This document shows positions 1 to 8,788 of a stretch of DNA of 64,000 nt, piece after piece. The stretch's first letter is position 1. Each line of letters begins with the position of its first letter. The position numbers and the translations under genes were made by a program. Below the pieces are notes generated by a model. That model was not told the origin of the DNA. It did no database searches and saw only the letters and a list, made by a program, of their open reading frames with translations. Origin of the DNA: Dehalococcoidia bacterium (GTDB taxonomy: Bacteria; Chloroflexota; Dehalococcoidia; Lucifugimonadales; UBA1127). The stretch spans positions 1,294,967-1,358,966 of the forward strand of contig OZ252245.1 in NCBI GenBank assembly GCA_965249605.1, read 5' to 3'.

Positions 1-509
1 TTGCCTCTGATATCAGGGTCGAGGGTTCTGAAGGTTTCCGTGACGACACTGGAACCAAACGATACGTCCAATGAAGCCTCCACTTTGAAGTCAAAGGCTG
101 CCCACAGCGTCCCCGGACGATCTTCAGGCTGCGGCAATGCGGAGGCCGGCAATTCAAAGACCGCGACGCCGGTGTCAGACGTCGCCGACAGAGGGGGCGC
201 GTCAGGAAATATTTCGCCATGCCTCTCCCCGCCAACGTTGTAGGCGGAAGGCCTGGGGACTGTAGCGCGAGGGTATGGCGTTTCGGGACTGTACTTGAGG
301 TAGACCGTGGTTCCGTCAGTGTCGTCATCGGCGAGGTTTACGGTTACGGTGGCAGAGTTGGCGGCGATGTCGCTCACCACGATGGAGGTGATGCTGGGTT
401 CGGGAGGGCTTTGGGCCAGTGCGGTCGATATGAGGAGCGACGCCGTCAGCGATGCGGCGGCAACCAACGCCACCGACACGCCAATAGCGCGCCGTCTTAG
501 CGCGAACAT
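1..509 (-). CDS. secreted surface protein, N-terminal part (gene continues beyond window start)
   Basis: Absent from the ORF track because it has no stop in the window. The reverse frame is open from ATG 507-509 to base 1. The product starts MFALRRRAIGVSVALVAAASLTASLLISTALAQS (signal-peptide-like), followed by a beta-rich domain (ITSIVVSDIAANSATVTVNL..TVYLKYSP) in the style of the neighbouring 1052-2683 product. Confidence 0.5.
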   Translation of the reverse strand, partial: MFALRRRAIGVSVALVAAASLTASLLISTALAQSPPEPSITSIVVSDIAANSATVTVNLADDDTDGTTVYLKYSPETPYPRATVPRPSAYNVGGERHGEIFPDAPPLSATSDTGVAVFELPASALPQPEDRPGTLWAAFDFKVEASLDVSFGSSVVTETFRTLDPDIRG

Positions 510-1051
510 ATCTACTCGTCTCCTCGACAGCCGGCTTACACCGACTGGTTTCATGACATAGAACGACTACTCCATCGGTAATGTTCCATTGTGTTAATCC
601 CTATGTGTCAGCTCAGACTTGCTACCTGCTGGGCGAATTGACAATCCGGTGCAATATGGGGGCCCTGCAAGTGCGGTAAGAGTACCTATAAACAGCGCCT
701 GGTTCGTGGGCTTTCAGTGTTGAGTCCTCGGGGCCGCACCATTGACAGGACGTGCTGCTAACGATGCGAGCTACGTTGGCCTCGACGCCCAGCCACTTGG
801 GCCGCCGCGTTATTGCCTATTTCGACGGGCCCGAACCAGTGGTGGAAATGGCCTGGCATAACTCCGAACAGCTTCGCGGGGCTGCGTCGAATGACACCCA
901 GGCTGAGTAACCGGCGAATTGGGCGCCCTGTGGGGACAATGGCGGCAGCTTGAAAAGCCAAGGGGAGCGGCAGGCCCTCAGGCTCTCACGCTCCCCCTTG
1001 CTTGGTCAACACTCTCGTTTCATGTGTGGCGCTCGCCGCTGATGCCGCGGG

Positions 1052-2683
1052 CTACCCGGCCTCGCCGCCCGCGTCAGCCGGCTCTGCGGCGGCCTCGGTC
1101 TGCTGGGCGCCGCGTATGGCCGTAGTGAAGTAGACCTTCACGACTTGCTGCATGTCAGCCTTGGTAATCCGGCCCTCGAAGAAGTCCTTCAGCGCAGCGA
1201 GGACCTCTGCGCGGTCAATGACGCTGTCGCGGTTGAGGTCATACTTGTCCACCATCAAGGGGAGATCGTCAAAGTCAATGCTCCCGAATGCGCTGCCGTA
1301 GTACAGTTTCGTTATCTCCAGCATTTCGCGCTTCGTCAGGAGTCCCTTAGTAAAGTCAGCGGCGGCGGTCACCACCTCTTCCCTCTCCACTAGCTCGTTG
1401 TGGTTGTTGGCGAGGTCGTATTCGTCGGCCCGCCCGGGGAGAATGACGTCCGTCAATTTGACCTGCACGGACACGTAGGACGCGTCTCCCAGGGTGTCTG
1501 TTGCGACGACTTCCACCGAGAAGATGTTCCTCTCTCCCTCATAGTCCAGGAGCGCTTCGGGGCCTACGAGGAGCTGACCTGTGAGCTCGTCAATCGCGAA
1601 GAGCTCGGCATCGTCGCCCCGCAGCGAGTAGGAAAACTCGTCGCTGTTGGGGTCCCACGCGTATACGGGGTTGCCTACCTTGAAACCCTCTTCGCTGTTT
1701 TCGGGGACCGTGCGCGGTTCGCTTGCGCTGTCCCGGAAGACGGGCGAATGGTTGATGGGTTGCCCGCCTCCAAAGCCGAATCCGCCTCCGCCTCCGTTGT
1801 TCTCGGTAGTAGTGGTGGTCGTAGTTGTCGTGGCGGTGGTAGGCGTTGTGGAAATGATGGATGGCTCAGTAGGGGTCGTTATGGTAGGCGGAGACTCGCC
1901 GGTTGGCGTTCCAATGGTCGCAATGGCCGACGTGACTGTGCACGACATGAAGTCGCTCCCCATTGAGGCTTCAATCACGTAGTAGGATTTGTCTGTCAGC
2001 CCCGTAAGGTCGAACGACGCCTCATTCCTGTCCATCGCTTCCAGTGGGGGGTAAGGCTGCCAAGCGTACTCGTCCCCGTTCCCGTCGGTGCCATAGACGC
2101 GGTAGCGTAGGTAGATGGTCTTTTGGGAATAGCTATCCGTATTGATGGACACCAGGACGTTTGCGGTTGTCATGTCAACTGTGCCTGAAATGGTTCCGAT
2201 GGTGGCGCCGTCGACCGACGGGAAGCCGAAGCCATGCGGTGTGGAATCCGGGGTGAAATCTGGCGAGGGATCCGCTACGTCCTGACTGTGAATGGCAATC
2301 TCCATGCCGTAGTCGGTGGAAGGACAGAGCTCGGGCAGTTTAACACTGACCTTTATTTGATTGTCTTGTCCGTAAACCTTCTTTGGCGACCAGGGAGAGT
2401 TGGTTCGGGTCCAACCACAATTGTCACAAAGCGTCACATACAGGTAAGGATAGTCGACAATCACATTACTGCCATCGAATGTTTCGGTTGGGTACTCCAG
2501 GACAATGACTACGGACGACGCCTGCGTACCGCTAAATACGTCGGTGATGCGGACGATGTTGTCGCGGACTACGTCCTGCGCCTGTGCGGGCGTGGAGAGA
2601 TAGAGTGCGGGGAGCAGCGCCGACAGGGCGAGGGCCACGACGAAGGCCAGCATGCGCACAGGGATACCGGAAGGCATAGACAT
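1052..2683 (-). CDS. secreted cadherin-domain protein with C-terminal EF-hand/dockerin-like repeats
   Basis: Track ORF 1052..2746, with the start moved to the internal ATG giving MSMPSGIPVRMLAFVVALALSALLPALYLSTPAQA (signal peptide). It has a Thr/Gly-rich linker and a cadherin-like segment (PVFRDSASEPRTVPENSEEG..YSLRGDDAELFAIDELTGQLLV..LDYE..VEVVATD). Two C-terminal repeats are YDLxxxxxIxxxEVxxAxxDFFxGxITKxxMxxVxKxYF. Confidence 0.7.
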   Translation of the reverse strand: MSMPSGIPVRMLAFVVALALSALLPALYLSTPAQAQDVVRDNIVRITDVFSGTQASSVVIVLEYPTETFDGSNVIVDYPYLYVTLCDNCGWTRTNSPWSPKKVYGQDNQIKVSVKLPELCPSTDYGMEIAIHSQDVADPSPDFTPDSTPHGFGFPSVDGATIGTISGTVDMTTANVLVSINTDSYSQKTIYLRYRVYGTDGNGDEYAWQPYPPLEAMDRNEASFDLTGLTDKSYYVIEASMGSDFMSCTVTSAIATIGTPTGESPPTITTPTEPSIISTTPTTATTTTTTTTTENNGGGGGFGFGGGQPINHSPVFRDSASEPRTVPENSEEGFKVGNPVYAWDPNSDEFSYSLRGDDAELFAIDELTGQLLVGPEALLDYEGERNIFSVEVVATDTLGDASYVSVQVKLTDVILPGRADEYDLANNHNELVEREEVVTAAADFTKGLLTKREMLEITKLYYGSAFGSIDFDDLPLMVDKYDLNRDSVIDRAEVLAALKDFFEGRITKADMQQVVKVYFTTAIRGAQQTEAAAEPADAGGEAG

Positions 2684-2921
2684 TACAGCCTGTCTCCAAG
2701 GAGAAGTGGATGGGTCAATTCTATCACGGAAGGATGGGGTCAACACATCCGGAGGCCATCAAGAATGAACATCGGGGCAAGTGCCGCGGAACGTTCCGGA
2801 GACAACCGGCGACCAGCATTCGGATGAGGCGCGGGCGCGAAGTTTCGTCACTCAACAGAGCGCTGTCAAACCGGCTTGGTCTACGCCGGCCTGCCCCGCG
2901 TTTGGCGCCCGTTAGTTGCGA

Positions 2922-3721
2922 CTAGAGCTGGCGGCGGCTGAAGGCAATCAGCCCGGTAAGCACGCCAAGAATGACCACAATGATCAGCGCGATTACCCAG
3001 CTCGGGAGGCCGCCCGACTCTTCAATCTCCGGAGCCGGTTCCGGAGTCGGCGTTGGCGTTGAGGTGGGCGGCACGGGCGTTGGCGTCGGCGCGGGAGTCG
3101 GGGTCGGCGTGGCCGTGGGCTCGGGCGTCGGCGTTGAGGTGGGCGGCACGGGCGTGGCAGTCGGCTGAGGCGTGGGCGTCGACGTTGGCGTCGCTGTCGG
3201 CGTGGGGGTGTTGGTGGGAGTCGACGTCGGCGTATGCGTAGGCGTAAACGTTGGGGGGACAGGCGTCGGAGGCGGGCCCACACGGATGCTGGAGTCGCCG
3301 CCAATCAGTTCCTCATCGCCATTGAGGTCCCGCACAACACCGGTGAAAGTGAACTCACCTTCGGTGTCGGGGGCCGTTACCGTGTAGGTTACGCTGCTGT
3401 CTCCGATGACAAAAATGGTCAGGAACTGTCCCTCAACCTCAACCCCCCTAAGTCCGCTCTCACGTACGTGAAGCCTTCCGGCAGGGATTCAGCAACCTGC
3501 CCCAGGCCCAGGTTGTCGAAGGTGATGGTGACGGAGAATTCACCGCCCGGCAGAACCCAGGACGCGGAGAATTCGCGGGTGGCGCTATGCGACGTCGCCT
3601 CCGTGGGGCTCGGCAAGCCCACGAACACGACCGCCACCAGCGCGGCGAGAGCGGCCGCGAAGGCCGCCCGCACAGGGATGGAGAATCCTGCTTTCCTCAG
3701 GTCCTTCACCCGGTCCCTCAC
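2922..3721 (-). pseudogene. membrane-anchored surface protein interrupted by a frameshift at a C6/G6 homopolymer
   Basis: ORF 3419..3721 supplies a signal peptide and the start of a beta-sandwich domain (..[14 protein letters not shown]). The frame of ORF 2922..3335 stays open upstream of its Met and continues the same domain ([45 protein letters not shown]), then a PT-rich linker and a TM anchor ending SRRQL. The frames switch at the cccccc run 3443-3448. Confidence 0.55.
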
Positions 3722-4235
3722 TTCTCCTCAGGTTCTACTGAAGCTGAGCTTGTGCTGACCACGATCGGGGTTCCTGCCAACTTGCCTTGACGCCGAACGG
3801 GTGGCGCCTCGGACATTCTACTATCATATGGGCCATTTGGGACGCGAAGATGGCACCGTTGTGTACCTATATTGACTCGCCTAGGGCCCAACAGGCATCG
3901 GCAGGGATTCTAGCACAGACCTACTTTTCCGTCACCTTGACGCCCATTCCCATATACGGGCACATAGAGGCCAGTTATCCGGCGGGGTTTTCATTTACGG
4001 GCTTAGTGTATCGCCATTCGAAGCCCCTTCGTATGCACGGGCCCCCACAATAGTCAACCTATGTCAGTTGTAAAGCCAATCCAACATTACAATAGGAGTC
4101 AACATACAGCGTGCAATTGCTCCTGATTGAATGCGACAGGATTCGAAAGCACTCAAGCCGGCTCAGGCCAGTCCAGCGGTGAAATATCACAGGCGTGCCC
4201 CAACAGTGGGCGTGTCTGCCCTACGGCCAGAACGG

Positions 4236-5234
4236 CTAGCGAAACGCAGGCAGCACGCGTTCACCGAAGAGGCGCAGGGTGTTCGTGGCCGTGTCGTCGT
4301 CGAGATCAAGCCAGTGATAGTCGATGATGAGGTAGTTGAAGCCGAGGGCCTCGTAGCGGCGAATCTCCTCGAAGCACTCCTGCGGGTCGCCGAGGATGAA
4401 GCGGCCGGCGGCCAGCTCGTCAAAGTCGTCCTCGAACCGGTCTCCGGGCGGGAGCTGCAGGTCCTGCCCCTGGCGCGCGTAAACACGGAAGCGCTCGTGG
4501 AGGGCGGGCCTCGCGGTCCGTATGGCCTCCTCGTGCGTCTCGGCTACGAAGAGCTCGCGGCTCACAACGACGTCCTCGGGCGGCGGCGTGCCGTACTCGG
4601 CGAGGGCTGCGCGATAGATCGCCATCTGCTCTGCCAGGGTCTGGTACTTGGCGTGCGGGTTGGCGAACCAGACGTCGCCGAGGCGGGCGGCGCGGCGTAC
4701 CGGCGCATGGCCGTTGGCGGCGATCCACACGGGCGGGTGCGGCTTCTGCACCGGCCAGGCTGAGGGCCGGGCATGCAGCGTGAAGTGCGCCCCCTCGAAA
4801 TGGACCTCGTCCTCGGTCCACAGCCGCTTGATGATGGCGAGCGACTCCTCGAACCGGCCCGCCCGCTGTGAGGCGTCAAGGCCAAAGGCCTCGAACTCCT
4901 CCTTCTCGTACCCCAGGCCGACGCCGAAGATGAACTTGCCGCCTGTGATCTGGTCGAGGGTGGCAACCTGCTCCGCCATGTCGACCGGGTGCTGGAGCGG
5001 CAGCAAAACGATGCCCGTGCCGAGCCACATATCGCCCGCCTCCGCCGCCAGTCTTCCGAGGAGCGGCGTGGGCTGGAGGATCTGGACGGGGTAGCTCAGG
5101 TAGTGCTGGCCCGCCAGCGCAGAGTCAAATCCAAGGGAGCTCGCGAGCCGCACCTGGTTGACGAGGGCGCTCACGCGCTGCGTCATGGGCTGGCGGGCCG
5201 GGTACTCCGAGCCGAGGAACAGACCGAACTTCAT
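4236..5234 (-). CDS. LLM-class (luciferase-like) flavin/F420-dependent oxidoreductase
   Basis: Track ORF 4236..5336 trimmed to MKFGLFLGSEY. It shows typical LLM family features (MKFGLF start, GTGIVLLPLQHP, GGKFIFGVGLGY, RFEESLAIIKRLW, PKPVQKPHPPVWIAA). Confidence 0.85.
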   Translation of the reverse strand: MKFGLFLGSEYPARQPMTQRVSALVNQVRLASSLGFDSALAGQHYLSYPVQILQPTPLLGRLAAEAGDMWLGTGIVLLPLQHPVDMAEQVATLDQITGGKFIFGVGLGYEKEEFEAFGLDASQRAGRFEESLAIIKRLWTEDEVHFEGAHFTLHARPSAWPVQKPHPPVWIAANGHAPVRRAARLGDVWFANPHAKYQTLAEQMAIYRAALAEYGTPPPEDVVVSRELFVAETHEEAIRTARPALHERFRVYARQGQDLQLPPGDRFEDDFDELAAGRFILGDPQECFEEIRRYEALGFNYLIIDYHWLDLDDDTATNTLRLFGERVLPAFR

Positions 5235-5711
5235 GTGCGTCTCCTTCCGGGGCTTTCGCCTAGAGCAGATAGCCTTGGCCTTAACAGGGGCGCTCCGACG
5301 ATGGGCAGAGGGCCTCAGTCGGTCACCCGTTGCCAATCCGCCGGACTACACTTCTCCCTGTCGACGGTGGGTCAGAACGGCGATGCACTCGTTTCTGGCC
5401 TCGCCCTAACAAGTTTCAAGCTAGGTGATTCGTTTTCAGCTACGGACTTTCGATTACGAAAGTGGTGCTTTTGCAAAACGAGTCCCCCCAATTGTCACTC
5501 AACAACGAGACTTTGCTGACAATTGGCCACTCGGAAGAGCATTTGGCGACTCCCTGTTGGTAATGCATTGGTTAGCGTTGGGCAGACGGCTGCGGCGCGA
5601 ACAAGATAACGGTACCCTCCACACTTGCCATGCGGGGAAGGGTACCGAGGGGCCGAGCGCCGGCGCAAGGGGTCGGCGGCAGTCCGGCGGCGTGAATAGC
5701 ATCAGGCCCCG

Positions 5712-6383
5712 CTACAGGCCTCGGCGCCAGAGTAGCAGGGTCAGCGCCAGCAACGCCGACGCGCCGACGCCGATGGCTCCCACCGCCCAGGACGCGCCCG
5801 CTATGAACGCGTCGTATCGGCCGAGGAGCGTCGCAACGAGCATGGTGAGGAGCGCCAGCGACAGTCCGGCGGCGAGCAGGCCCACGAGCAAAAGGCCCTG
5901 GTATCGCAAGACGTGGCCCTTATCCGCCGCTGAGATGCCCTGGGACACCATCCGCCGGTCCAGTGAGCGGAGGCCCATCATGTGCTGCAGCATGACAACG
6001 CCGCCCAGGCTTGCGAGGAACAGTGCGGCGTCTCTGACCAACGAACGCTCGCCAATCAGTTCAGCCTCGGCGCCGAAGAGCTGGTACCACTCGAGCTGGT
6101 TATGCCCCCAGATGGGAACGGCGTGGGGCAGGACGACCAGTCCGGCAATCAGCCAAAATGAGAGTTGCCTATGTCCCAGCGCCTGCAACACCCAGTACAC
6201 AGCGATGAGCAGTGTCGCCAGCGCGAGCGCCTGAAGGGAGACGAGGGCGGGGACCCAGCCCGCCAACCATCTCAGCCATCGGGAGTCCGGCAACCCCAGG
6301 GCGGGGCCGGTGTCCCACGCCACAAACCCGGCGAGCGCCAGCAGGCCGGTCAGTAGAACCGTTTCAGGAAGGGCAACTCTCAC
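5712..6383 (-). CDS. integral membrane protein (about 6 TM), last gene of the MoxR operon
   Basis: 223-aa hydrophobic ORF with a GTG start preceded by GGGAGG, 20 nt after the DUF58 stop. Confidence 0.6.
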   Translation of the reverse strand: MRVALPETVLLTGLLALAGFVAWDTGPALGLPDSRWLRWLAGWVPALVSLQALALATLLIAVYWVLQALGHRQLSFWLIAGLVVLPHAVPIWGHNQLEWYQLFGAEAELIGERSLVRDAALFLASLGGVVMLQHMMGLRSLDRRMVSQGISAADKGHVLRYQGLLLVGLLAAGLSLALLTMLVATLLGRYDAFIAGASWAVGAIGVGASALLALTLLLWRRGL

Positions 6384-6403
6384 GCTGTTTTGACCTCCCT
6401 CGG

Positions 6404-7732
6404 CTACCGGTAAGCGTCAATGTGCCGCACGAGCACGGACGTGAACTCCTCACGGGCGGGTTCCCACTCGATCACCGAGGCGCCCTTCGCCCGCAACTCC
6501 CGTGCGACGTGCCGCGCCTCCCATCGAGCGAGCCTCAGTCCGTGGGGGTCCGCCTGCGCTTCCTCCGGGTCCACGTGCAGGACCCGAACCCGGCTGGAAC
6601 GCATCGAGCGTGCCTTTAGTGAGATCAGCCGCCCGATGGCGGTCATGAACCGCTCGAACCCCGCCGTGTCCTCGCCTGGACGCGCGTAGTGCACGTCGAG
6701 GCGCGTGATGACGAAGATGTCCGGCCTGATGCGGTACAGGAAGCTCTTGCACCGCTCGACGGACTGCAGCAGGTCCTGTTCCGCCGGGCCCGGTTTCAGG
6801 CCCGCCAGCATCCCCATGAGCCGGTTGAACTGCCGTTTTCCGGTTTCGGGGGCAAGCAGCTCGCCTACGCCGCCGGAGCTGTTGTAGGCGTAGGCGCCAA
6901 GTGTGGAGCCTCTCGAGAGGTAGTACTGCGCCAGCGTTCCCGAGGCCTCAACCGTGCTCTCCAGCGGGTTCGACAGCGGCACGCCCACGTCCATGTAGTT
7001 GGCGATGTCGAGGAAGATCCACACCGCCCGCTTCGTCTCGGGCTCACGCTCGTTCACAAGAGGGAGGTTATTCGAGCTCACGGTCCGGGCGCTGGCCTTC
7101 CAGTTGATGCGCTTGAACGGATCTCCCGGCTGGTATGGGCGCAGCTCCTTGAACTCGTCCGTGGTGGCGCCCGTCTTCCCGGGGTCGCTCTGGAGCCGTC
7201 CGAACCTGCGTACGGCGCGCACCTCGTTCAGGCGGGTGACGTTGCGAATCCTTGGGACCACCGAAACCTCAAACGTATGCTCGCTGACACCTGACGCTCC
7301 GCGGCCCACGCCAAAAGAGGTTGTCGACTCCCAACGAGACTCGGGCAGGACGTAGAGGCCGCGCTTGGGAAACCGTATTCGGTACGAGATGTCGACGTCG
7401 AGCCTGCCGGGCCACTTCCAGACGACCCGAAGGTTGTTCCCATCAACGACCTCCGCCTCAGGCGGCAGCTCGTCATGCACGAAGACGGGGCCGATGCCGC
7501 CCTTCGCCGTGACCTCGCGCCGCACGCTCAGAGTGTCGCCAACCCAGCACGAGGCACGGGACAGTTCCCGGTCCACGGCGACGCCGGAGGGAGCCGCGAG
7601 GGCGGTTGTCAGTAGCGCCGTCAGCAAAACGAACACCGCGCCGGTCAACAGGACAACGTTGCCCAGGGACAGCCCCAGCAATAGCAGGGCCAGGGCCACG
7701 GCGATCCAGATGAGTTGCGACGGCTGCACCAT
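6404..7732 (-). CDS. DUF58 domain protein (MoxR-associated, vWA-like)
   Basis: N-terminal TM pair and the DUF58 signature ELRPYQPGDPFKRINWKASART. It lies immediately downstream (2 nt) of MoxR. Confidence 0.85.
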   Translation of the reverse strand: MVQPSQLIWIAVALALLLLGLSLGNVVLLTGAVFVLLTALLTTALAAPSGVAVDRELSRASCWVGDTLSVRREVTAKGGIGPVFVHDELPPEAEVVDGNNLRVVWKWPGRLDVDISYRIRFPKRGLYVLPESRWESTTSFGVGRGASGVSEHTFEVSVVPRIRNVTRLNEVRAVRRFGRLQSDPGKTGATTDEFKELRPYQPGDPFKRINWKASARTVSSNNLPLVNEREPETKRAVWIFLDIANYMDVGVPLSNPLESTVEASGTLAQYYLSRGSTLGAYAYNSSGGVGELLAPETGKRQFNRLMGMLAGLKPGPAEQDLLQSVERCKSFLYRIRPDIFVITRLDVHYARPGEDTAGFERFMTAIGRLISLKARSMRSSRVRVLHVDPEEAQADPHGLRLARWEARHVARELRAKGASVIEWEPAREEFTSVLVRHIDAYR

Positions 7733-7734
7733 AG

Positions 7735-8721
7735 CTAGCGTGCCATCCGTCCCATGTCGCTGGGCACGGGCACCTGCGCTATCACATCCTCGACAACCTC
7801 CTCGCCGCGGGCGCCCTCGAGCGTGTCCTCGATGTTGAGGATGATGCGGTGCGACAGGACGTCCGGAACGACCATTTTGACGTCATCGGGCACGACAAAG
7901 TCGCGGCCATGAATGAGGGCCATCGCCCTGGCCGCGCGGAGCAGCGCGAGCCCGCCGCGAGGGCTCACGCCAACGGCCACCCGCGGGTGCTTGCGGGAAA
8001 GCCTGACGATCTGCGTGATGTACTCAACGATGACCTGGTCCGTGTAGACGCCGGTCTCCACGAAGCGCTGCAACTCCACAAAGCGGTCGACGTCGACCGC
8101 CGGTTCCAGGTTAGCAGTGGGGTCGTCCTGCTGCCACTGGATTCGCCGCAGCAGGATTTCGCTCTCCAGCTGGTCGTTGGCCGGGTAGCCGGTGGACAGC
8201 TTGAGCAGGAAGCGGTCGAGCTGCGCCTCGGGCAGCGGGTACGTGCCCTCCTGCTCGATGGGGTTCTGCGTGGCTATCACGACAAAGGGCGTGCCGAGGG
8301 GCATGGTGTCGCCATCGATGGTCACCTGGCGCTCCTCCATCGCCTCAAGCAGGGCGGACTGTGTCTTGGGGGGAGCGCGGTTGATCTCGTCAGATAGGAG
8401 AATGTTTGTGAACACCGGCCCGCGCATCATCTCGAACGTGCCATCGTTCTGGCGCCACACGTTCATGCCCAGGATGTCGGAGGGCAGCAGGTCGGGTGTG
8501 AACTGCACCCGTTTGGTGTCGCCGCCGATGGATTTCGCAAAGAGCTTGGCCAGCAAGGTCTTGCCCAAACCCGGGTAGTCCTCGAACAGGACGTGGCCGT
8601 TGGCCAGCGCCGCCGCCAGCAGCTTGCGCAGCAGCAGACGGTTGCCGACGAAGGTCTCCGCCACCCGGTCGATGATCTGCTCACACGAGAGGCGGGCCTC
8701 TTCCAGTTGTTGCTCGTTCAT
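7735..8721 (-). CDS. moxR: MoxR-family AAA+ ATPase
   Basis: Walker A (PGLGKT), FTPDLLPSDILG, Walker B (LLSDEINRAPPKTQSALLEAMEE), ATQNPIEQEGTYPLPEAQLDRF. Confidence 0.9.
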   Translation of the reverse strand: MNEQQLEEARLSCEQIIDRVAETFVGNRLLLRKLLAAALANGHVLFEDYPGLGKTLLAKLFAKSIGGDTKRVQFTPDLLPSDILGMNVWRQNDGTFEMMRGPVFTNILLSDEINRAPPKTQSALLEAMEERQVTIDGDTMPLGTPFVVIATQNPIEQEGTYPLPEAQLDRFLLKLSTGYPANDQLESEILLRRIQWQQDDPTANLEPAVDVDRFVELQRFVETGVYTDQVIVEYITQIVRLSRKHPRVAVGVSPRGGLALLRAARAMALIHGRDFVVPDDVKMVVPDVLSHRIILNIEDTLEGARGEEVVEDVIAQVPVPSDMGRMAR

Positions 8722-8788
8722 TGCTTGAACGCCACCCTTTCGCCCAAAGTATGGACCCCGTTCGCCGTGAAAACGCCCGCGTCCGGCA

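Noticed and set aside
758-1125. ORFs 758..961 (-) and 919..1125 (+) in the intergenic region between the first two surface-protein genes
   Set aside because: They are short and compositionally biased, with no start context. This region is more likely promoter or leader DNA for the 1..509 gene.
3000-3340. CRISPR-like or tandem-repeat appearance of the acnccnac periodicity here (also at 33720-34010 and 37180-37340)
   Set aside because: These are codon-level Pro/Thr linker repeats inside coding frames. No spacer-repeat architecture exists, and no CRISPR array or cas gene was seen anywhere in the window.
4131-5519. Plus-strand ORFs 4131..4763, 4648..5094 and 4989..5519 opposite the LLM oxidoreductase
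   Set aside because: The minus-strand product has unmistakable LLM family motifs, and the plus-strand products are low-complexity.
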